From: Dimargaris cristalligena
Lineage: Eukaryota
Reading direction: 5' to 3'
Assembly: GCA_003614675.1 (NCBI GenBank)
Contig: ML002317.1
Coordinates: 1 to 42,388 of the forward strand
Length of the DNA: 42,388 nucleotides
Shown here: positions 33,907-42,388 of the stretch, one piece after another
Position numbering within the stretch: position 1 is the first letter of the stretch
Layout: each line of letters starts with the position of its first letter
Position numbers and translations under genes: made by a program
The notes under the pieces: model-generated
The model's database searches: none
What the model was told of the DNA's origin: nothing
What the model saw: only the letters and a program-made list of their open reading frames with translations

Positions 33907-35284
33907 TTACATTACAAATGGAATCAGGGCCTTGGTCCTACGCTGATAAGCCCGGTAATCATCTCCAAAAAACCGAATCAGGTTTTCCTCTTCATAGTTA
34001 ATGCGGTCCCAGAAGAAGATGGACAAAACGACAGCATACCCCACAAAACTGATTGGGTTGGCCAAAAGTGTCTGAAGTCCAAGGGCCCAGAGAAAAAAGC
34101 CGGTGTACGATGGATGTCGAATTAAACTGGAGTGTGTGCAAATAAACAAAATCCATTTAATAGGTCAAAATAATATTATAACTAAACGGTTAGCACTTTA
34201 ATTATCCAAGTAATAGGGTACTGGTGTTTTTTAGATCAATTATTGTCATTGACGGGTCAGGTTTATTACCAAGGCCACCGAAGTAATGGGGATGTCTTGC
34301 TTACCTGTAGATGCCGTGGGTTATAAGAACATGGTCCTTGGCCTTATGGGCCGCCACATAATGATTGAAGCTCTGCCGGGCAGTAATCATCGCCAGGCTC
34401 CGACTGATTTGGCCAAGTATGAGGCAAGTGAGGCCTGTGGGGAAGCATTACGAGTAACAGTACAATTTACAGGTAAGTGGTATGCAAATCAGGGCCAAGG
34501 TTCAAGAACTACGCTGGTAGGCTGTGAGCTGCACGTGGACCCAATGGGAAGGTATATAGACGTGCGTACTTACCTAAGTACCAGGTCAGATTCGAGGACT
34601 TAAGACCGGGGAAAAAGTAGGATTCTACCACAAATTCGCCGAATGCCACGATTAAGGCAAGGATAAATCGACCGTCGGGGTCGGGCGAAAACATAAAGGC
34701 TGGATTTAAAGTTGAAGAGGCCAAAGGGTCCGAAGAGATATGGATGTATTGGAGAGATTGGGGCATGGTTAGACAATGGGGAGACAAGCAACTCGAATTT
34801 GGACAGGATAACCAATACAAGGGGGGAGGAGTATTGGTTCATGAGGATTTGCAGGTTATAGGGCCAAGAATCGGGGAGTAGCTGAGGCAGTGTAGAGAAC
34901 ATCGAGGGTGCACTTACAATCGTAGCTGATAGCGGCGGGGTTATATTGAGCAGTGGTGAGGTACTCCAAAAAATGGTAGGTTGGTAGAAAGAAGGCACAT
35001 ACCGCCAAGGGCTGTGCGAGGGTCTGGACAAACGTAGACCAGCCCGCGAAAGGACTAGGAGCCGCGGATAGCCAGACATACGTCAGGTAAAGGCTACACA
35101 GTAGACCCTGGCCGGCGACAAAACCCAGGCCGAAGCTGGTTAGGGACACCTTGGCCGGAGTATGGGTTGGTGACTGGGCCCACCCAGGCGACTGGAAATC
35201 GGCCAGGTCTTGGTCCGCAAGCAGCTCGCTGTCGGGCCGATGGCGGTTAATGCGGAAGCTCGGGGCGTCGGGTGAGGACGGCAT
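33907..35284 (-). CDS. STE14: Isoprenylcysteine carboxyl methyltransferase, 280 aa. Exons: 35284-34918, 34699-34574, 34434-34305, 34126-33907
   Basis: YHFLEYLTTAQYNP...DSF, GQISRSLAMITARQSFNHYV, HVLITHGIYSLIRHPSYTGFF, RINYEEENLIRFFGDDYRAY. Three GTAAG...CAG introns with compatible phases (1,1,2). Confidence 0.93.
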
Positions 35285-35862
35285 GTTGGTTTACGAAGGC
35301 GGGGCAGATGGACGGGGATGGAGTCACTCGGGGACATTCGGGAAAGGTTAGTAAAGACTGGGCTTGAATTCAAGCGGATTTTGGGCATCGAGGCCTGCCT
35401 ATCTAGGGCTTTGCGAATGATGGCGCGGTGGTTGTGGGGGGAAATTCGCGTGTCGTGGGACCAGGTTTTAACCAGACCCTCTGGATGCCACGGCAAATTC
35501 CAACTCCTATACTCCTTGCGGAAATATCCCTAACTAGCTCGCAAATGGCCGTTTTGGTAGTTCCCGTTCAAAAGTAATAAAATGGTCTCCATGTAGACCA
35601 TTAAACCAGCCCGGTTGAGTGGTAGGACAAGCTACTTTCCCCCTAAAGTCTAGCAGTTAAATCGTAGGCGAAAAAAATATGACTCACCACCGCCACCAAA
35701 GCAACCAGTGCCCCATAGCCAAACTAACTCCCTCCACAGCCCACAACACTAGCTGGCACTATTGGCTCTACTCAGCCCACCAACTCAACTTTCCTAGGCC
35801 ATTCTTCTACTACCTCTCTTTATCTTTTAAACATTGTCCTTATTTTCCCCGCCTGATACACC

Positions 35863-37071
35863 ATGTCGAACGAGTCCGTTGCTCAGCTCCAAGCCGGTGT
35901 CGGCCAGGTTAACCTGGAAGCCGCCCCCCTCGATCCCGTGGTCGAAGAAAAGGTTGCCCTCATTAGTCGCAACCTCCAAGAAGTCTTGGGCGAGGACCGT
36001 ATCCGCGAGGTGCTTAAGACCCGCGATCTTAAACTCTACTGGGGTACCGCCACCACGGGCCGCCCCCACATTGGCTACTTCGTGCCCATCTCGAAAATCG
36101 CCGATTTCCTCAAGGCCGGCTGCCATGTCAAGATCCTATTGGCCGACCTCCACGCCGCCCTTGATAACCTGAAGGCCCCGCTAGAGCTCATCAAGCACCG
36201 CACCAAGTACTACGAGGCCGTGGTCAAGGGTATGCTGACCTCCGTCGGGGTGCCCATTGATAAGTTGGAGTTCGTGGTGGGTTCCTCGTTCGAACTGACC
36301 CCGGCCTATTCCATGGATTTGCTGCGCCTGTCCACGCTGGTGACCGAGCATGACGCCAAAAAGGCCGGTGCCGAAGTGGTCAAACAAGTGGCCAGCCCCC
36401 TGCTCAGTTCCCTCATCTACCCCGGTATGCAGGCCATTGACGAGGAGTACCTCCAGGTGGACGCCCAGTTTGGCGGTGTTGATCAGCGCAAGATTTTCAC
36501 CTTTGCCGAAAAATACCTGCCCCAGCTCGGCTACCAGAAGCGGGCCCATTTGATGAACCCCATGATCCCCGGTCTGCAGGGTAGCAAGATGAGCGCCTCC
36601 GACCCCGACTCCAAAATCGATTTGCTCGATGAACCCAAGGCGGTGGAACGTAAGCTCAAACGGGCCTTCTGTGAAGAGGGTAACATTACCGACAATGGTC
36701 TCCTGGCCTTCACGAAACACGTGCTCTTCCCCATCAGCAGCCTCAAAGCTGCCGACGGCCTCCCGACGTTCACCATTATGCGCCCCGAGAAGTACGGCGG
36801 TGACTCCGTTTACCGCGACTACGCTGCGCTCGAGAAGGACTTTGCTGAAAAGCTGGTTCACCCCGGTGACCTCAAGAAGAGCGTCGCCCAGGGTATCAAC
36901 GCCCTGCTGGCTCCCGTCCAGGGTTACGTCAACGAGCAACCCGAGTACCAGGGCCTCGCTGAATTGGCCTACCCCCCACCACCAACCAAGCCCAAGGTCA
37001 TGAAACAGAGGAAGAAGCACAATATCAAGCCTACCGAGGTCAAGTCCGATGAGCCCACCCCCTCCGCCTAA
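35863..37071 (+). CDS. TYS1: Cytosolic tyrosyl-tRNA synthetase, 402 aa, intronless
   Basis: [14 protein letters not shown] (HIGH), [33 protein letters not shown] (KMSKS), HPGDLK. No C-terminal EMAP-II-like domain. Confidence 0.97.
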   Translation: MSNESVAQLQAGVGQVNLEAAPLDPVVEEKVALISRNLQEVLGEDRIREVLKTRDLKLYWGTATTGRPHIGYFVPISKIADFLKAGCHVKILLADLHAALDNLKAPLELIKHRTKYYEAVVKGMLTSVGVPIDKLEFVVGSSFELTPAYSMDLLRLSTLVTEHDAKKAGAEVVKQVASPLLSSLIYPGMQAIDEEYLQVDAQFGGVDQRKIFTFAEKYLPQLGYQKRAHLMNPMIPGLQGSKMSASDPDSKIDLLDEPKAVERKLKRAFCEEGNITDNGLLAFTKHVLFPISSLKAADGLPTFTIMRPEKYGGDSVYRDYAALEKDFAEKLVHPGDLKKSVAQGINALLAPVQGYVNEQPEYQGLAELAYPPPPTKPKVMKQRKKHNIKPTEVKSDEPTPSA

Positions 37072-39039
37072 TAAAGGTGCATCCCTTGGCCTAAACTGCT
37101 GGGCGATGATAGAGATCTGAATTCCGTATCTATTATTAATCCTGCTAGCGAGCTTAAGATAAATATGGGTATCATTTAGATGTGAGTCAGTGTAATAAAA
37201 TGGGTTAATATGGCTTGGGAAATGACAGGCAGATCTATAATTTGTAGGGTAACTTCGGAATAGGACTGTGGCGGGGTGCCCTGAACCAAAATCGTTGGTA
37301 CATTATTGCTTATTATAATGCACGGTATAGGTGTTGTATATTTACCTTGTTTTGGCCTAATCCCCTCGGGTTATGTAAATGGAAGAACCGTGAGTTCTCC
37401 CATTGTGGGAACCCCGTTAAATACCTCTATTGGCTCCGACGGATAGATGCATAAAGTACTCTTGGGCCCTGCAGAGTCTTCCAATGTAGGTCTCTCGCTT
37501 CTTCCCATAGGCCTTTTTTTCCTTATGCGAGAATGTTTTTTCGGTAGTTTTCGCTAAAACGTAACGGACGAGGCGTTGAAGTAGACATACATATGCCCAT
37601 TTAGGAAGTAATGCTAAATCGGCAAGTCAAACATACATAGGTTACAACTTTAATTCAGAAATATATACCGAAATAATACCATTGGAGCCCCACGGCACCG
37701 ATTCCAATAGTAGTGTTAGTGGGAAGCAAACATTCGGTGACGAAAATGGGGCGTGTTTCCCGGAGGGACTGTACTTGATTGATATTCCCTATGCTGTATT
37801 TTTGGTGGTTTCGTCGTAGGAGGATGTCTTGTATTGGGGTGAGAATCGGGCTACGTGGTGAGAAACACTAAGGTCATTTGCCCTCATCATTTTTACCCTA
37901 ATCACTTGGAAGACCGTGCCCCTCCGCATGTATCGGAGTAGAGGAAATCATGAGTCCGACCGCATGGGCCATGGTATAGTCAATTATATTGTGATTGGAA
38001 ACTGGTAACGCCTTTTTTAATCTACAGCGAGTTTGCCAATCGTTCTTCCGTTCAAATATTTGAAAGGATGTTCAATAGGTGTATGGTCAACCTAAATACC
38101 TAAGCAAGACCCTTAAACTACAGATGCCTGGCCAATTTTAGGCACTTATTATCCATTGCTCCCACTGCCTCAGCGGCTGGTCCAATTCCGAGGGTTTCCT
38201 AGGGAAAATATATACCGATAACGTCTCTGTTAATATTCCCAGTCTATTAATGTCAACCGACTAAATCTTAATCATCGATATCTTCCGAACCGGGGGCTTA
38301 AATTCAGAAGGGCGTCGGCCAGCTGGGTTCAGTAAATGGGTATGCCCAAAAATATACTATTGGGGAGGAAATACCTTTCACTTTAAGCAAACCTTTAGCT
38401 AGTGAGAATAACAGGAACATTTGAACTACGCTCACCCAGTCCGGGCTTGGAATTGGAAGTACCGAGGTACCGGATCACCCTATCAGGTGATGGGGGAGGG
38501 GCTTTCCAAAAAGTAAGTTTTATTGTCCAATATATTTTAATATTCACCAGCATTTGACTAAACCGGGAATACTACTGTCGCAGGAGGCCTCCGAATCGAC
38601 TCCAACCTGCCTGGTCGTATGTCCGGGTAAATTTCAATTCGCATCGTTACGAATTGGGCCAAATGGCTTTTGTAAAATATACCAAACATATCTGACGCTT
38701 ATTTTAATACGGCGTCGATGGCAGTCGCCCTCCCCCCTTTGGGTATATATTAAAGGCCATTTCCGTTTAGCGGGCTGGCCCTTTTGTTATCATTGTATTT
38801 ATTTTGCCCTCATTTACCATTAGTTCCACCACTTCTCCAGCCATATACTTCTTAATATCTTCCTATATTGTCATTTTGGCAATTGGCTTTCCAAGCCATT
38901 TAAACCTACCACACCATTTCCTGGACCAATCCTTTTAAACTCGACCTCGACTGCTACCGCGCCCCATGTACATCACTACGTACAAACTATTTGTGCTGTA
39001 GATACTACTGTAATTTATTTTCCTCTAGATATATTCAAG

Positions 39040-40019
39040 ATGGTCGCTTTTATACGGTTCCTTTATTGCCTAATCACCTTTACACTTATAGTGCAGTTAG
39101 GTAGGGCCACGGATTTTCAGGTTCAGTTTTCAACGGATATCCTAAAGCTGAATAGTCAGTTCTTTGTGGCAAAAAACGAAAGTTCGACGGATGTATTAAC
39201 GACACCGCTTGTCACCATAGTGTTCAGGGAAAACGCGACCAATACTTTGGAGGTGAGTTTAGCTAATAATGACAATTCTACTTATTTATACAAGGGGAAG
39301 GGTGGTAGGTGTGCATCCTTAAATTTGAATGCCCCCGTAGAAACCCTAGGCATCCAAAGCAGTCGATTCAGATTGTTAACGAAAATATTTCTCGTCTGTG
39401 AGGTCTTAATGCTTGTGCTCAGTACTAAATCAAATTATATTTACATGTTTGAACTACTTTTTTTTTATTGGACGATTACCACGACACCTAGGGTCTACTC
39501 TACGAGTACAATCCGTCCGAAAAGCTGGAGTACCCCTCCCCCCTTGGATATGTCGCCATGTACAATGGAACGGCCATCCGAACAACTGCCACGACTGTCG
39601 CAAATTTCAGCCGAAGCGCAACCAAGGCCATCATCTACTACCAAGTGACGGATGACATACCCCGTCAGACCTCCCTACAGCTAGCTACCGTTCCTTGGGT
39701 ATCAATTAAATACAGTGCGGCCCAGCGACTTTTACGGTCGATGCATGATTTTGAGGCCCAAAAAAGCCTTGCCCAAGTGGATTCGCCCGGCGATTCATTG
39801 CTATCGGCCTTGTATTTACGGCTACGGATTCTGGATGAGAGCGGGTATCCAGCCTCACCGAGTTCCATCTCCAAGATAGGCACGAGCAGTATGAAAATTA
39901 TTCTGGGATCAGTAGCGGGGTGTGTGGCTTTGGTTATTCTGGTAATTTGGGCTTTTTGTAAGCGGATGAATCGGCGTCGCCCAATATATACTCCAGCGAA
40001 TATGCCACGCATTACTTAG
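39040..40019 (+). CDS. Type I membrane glycoprotein with signal peptide, PA-domain-like lumenal region, one TM helix and a short basic tail, 246 aa. Exons: 39040-39252, 39492-40019
   Basis: Hydrophobic N-terminus (MVAFIRFLYCLITFTLIVQLGRA). A phase-0 GTGAGT...CTAG intron joins two ORF-track frames. N-glycosylation sequons NES, NAT, NGT, NFS. PA-like pattern KAIIYY...VPWVSIKYSAAQRLL. TM IILGSVAGCVALVILVIWAFC followed by KRMNRRR. Confidence 0.7.
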
Positions 40020-42388
40020 TGACCCAGCTCGATTGACTCTCATTTATATAGTAATTAGATGGAAATAAACCACCTTTGAACGTCAAAGAATGTCGGATTC
40101 ATAACTTCCAACGCTGGATTAGAAATAAGTTTTCTCCAACGGTGTAGGGCAAGATTAAGTTGCCGGGTTGGACTTTATGGGTTTGAAATGATTAGTTCGC
40201 CTATCAGCCCCGTCAATTTGAATTGAAGGGCTTTAGTGGCGGCACTGGTCTTTCCATGCATGTGTTTTGAAGGCCAAACAGTCCAAGTACTATGTACCAC
40301 GTTTTAAAGTGGCCAGAATTGTATTGACAGATGGAGTGGCTAGTGATGTCGAATATCACAGGGGAGAAGTACTCGAGAAGCGAGGGATTGAACAATACCT
40401 CATTTACAACAGCTAATTAGCCCTACAAGGTTGATGTACCAAGACCATAAGGTTGGTTGGAGTTTTCCCAATGATCATGGTTGGTCGATCTACCTAGTTT
40501 GGTGAATCAAACAGAATAATAAGTACACTGAATTCAGTATCAGTATTACAATCAGTCGGTTCTTAAAATAACCATGAAAATGTCTAAAAACTATACGGTC
40601 ATCTAAGAATACCAAATAATAGAAATATGAGATAGTATGTATGGTATTTCTAAAGGCCATCCGTACGCATAGGTTCGTCTAGTGGCCTAACGCCTATATA
40701 GCCGAATAACCAACTATGAAGGAATCAAGTTCACAAATATAAAAGTTGATATTAACTACAGATGCAGGACATCGAGATGATTCGCTTTTGCATGTGGCCA
40801 TCGAAGGTACTGCGATTCACTAATTAACGACTATGGTGAGTTGCCCGAGTTGGACACCTCCCCAGTGTGCTGTATACCTCTACTGCCACAATGTTTAGGA
40901 TTCCAAAGCAGGGCTTTACCACTGAAGTGGCGTTTAGTATTTAGAACCACCACGCTTTCCATTAACTGGTAGAATCCACTATTCTCGGTCGCAGGTAGTT
41001 TGTCAGGGCTGGGGTCTCAGGCCAAGCTTAATGCATCGTGGAGGAACTGGGTGCATAAGGTTGCATTACTGCAAACCCCACACTATATCCTACTGTAGCC
41101 GTCGTCCTTTGCATGGGACATAAGGTCGATCGCTCCGGGTCTTTTAGTACATTGGTTTGCGGGAAGCCGTTGTTGATGGTTGTTGGTCAGATCAGCTTTG
41201 TTATCGGACATACAGCGACGGAACTTGCCATATTCAACCGATAGTTCCACACATCCATGACAATTGATGCAGGCCTTGGTAATAGGTAACAATATCCCCT
41301 TAAAGAAAAGCATATGTGTTATAACGTCAATAGAAGTGTCACATTTAAAGAAGTATTACATATTATGGGTTTATAGGATATTCTACGGGAACTGAAAACA
41401 CGCGACCGTGCTCAAACTACAATAAATCAACCAGTATAGCATTACACAAACCTATACGCAGTATAATTCTAGAGATGCCACATAGAGCACCATAGTTTCA
41501 ACAAATGCTAAAACCCAAGTTGTTAATACCAAGCTACTTCCACAACTTAAAGAATCATTCAGCGGTTCATTTGGGTCCCAAAAATGTCGGAATAACAGTA
41601 GTCCGAAGTAAAAGTATATCTCATTTGCCACTCATATAATTAAGGGAAATATGACAAAAATGATATTTGGGGCGGGATGTTACTCTAGGAAATAATACTA
41701 GGAAATCAGTGCAACCACATATATGCAGTTGGATAAACCCCCTTCCTTGCACCGTTTGGTTTCATATTAAAGGCAATAATGGCCCATCCACCCTTCCATA
41801 GTAATGAGCAATAATAACTGTATGCACCACTAGTGGTATCATATCGAATTTGGAAAACCCCCCAATTTTCTTAGGCATAGAATGGTTAACCAATGACCTT
41901 AGACCATGCTAAAAGCGAGGCGATGTTATCCACTTACAGCCCCAAGTATGATAGTTCCAGACTGTATACCAAAAGTGGCATATCTGGTTCAGGGGGCCAA
42001 CATGGTATTTGTGTGTATAGTAAAGCATATATTTTTTTACTGTTGTGATATAGCCAAATGGCTATAGTAGTATTTGGCATTGTCCTATTTATTTTTACTC
42101 TTTTAATTGAAACCACTGTCCATATTTAGGTGATTAGTCAAGGAATTGGCACTGCTAGCCTAAGTTTTCCCTTTTTATAAGTTATTATTATTATACAATG
42201 ATTATATATTTCTTGTTGATTGGATTATTTTTCCGAGTATTACATTTATACCCTTGCTGTACTCTTTCAACGAGTATCAGTCATTCCTTTAACCTATTAT
42301 AAGTTCGTTTATACCTTTTATACCTTTGTTTTTGTTATACCAACAGGTATAACTTTAGCCCTAACCAATTATTAGTCTGAGTATCTTT

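Noticed and set aside
36181-37020. Long antisense ORFs over TYS1 (279 aa), CNS1 (32037-32756) and RPD3 (30148-30735)
   Set aside because: Shadow frames expected from the strong C/G third-position bias of the real genes; no recognisable motifs.
40762-40806. Possible mini-exon encoding an ankyrin-like DSLLHVAIE
   Set aside because: Single short match with a weak donor and no flanking exons or second repeat.
41083-41313. Cys-containing 76-aa ORF (CINCHGC) on the - strand
   Set aside because: Short, AT-rich codon usage, no complete zinc-finger or RING spacing, and on the wrong strand to complete the PA-TM gene.

Overview
Eukaryotic, fungal-type genomic DNA. An early-diverging fungus is inferred from the dispersed 5S genes, a SCAMP gene, a TyrRS without a C-terminal EMAP-like domain and the GT-AG introns; the taxon cannot be proven from this window. 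It encodes, left to right: a CpG-depleted probable repeat relic (1-1620), an orphan 178-aa gene, a six-exon SPOUT1-family RNA methyltransferase, 5S rRNA copy 1, SCAMP, a CAMKK/SAK1-like kinase, TFIIB, 5S rRNA copy 2, an RPD3-type deacetylase, CNS1/TTC4, STE14/ICMT, cytosolic TyrRS, and a signal peptide-PA-like-TM protein with no RING domain. The most notable observations are: (1) two 5S rRNA genes that differ at 22 of 118 positions, mostly by compensatory changes, and share an unusual UUU in loop B; (2) a 2.2-kb last intron of SPOUT1 holding a candidate poison exon that would start with an in-frame TAG; (3) a kinase domain split by two in-frame low-complexity inserts of about 450 aa each; (4) consistently long AG-free zones and distal branch-point candidates in all ten predicted introns. 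All gene models were built by hand from splice consensus and recalled family motifs; no database search was run.
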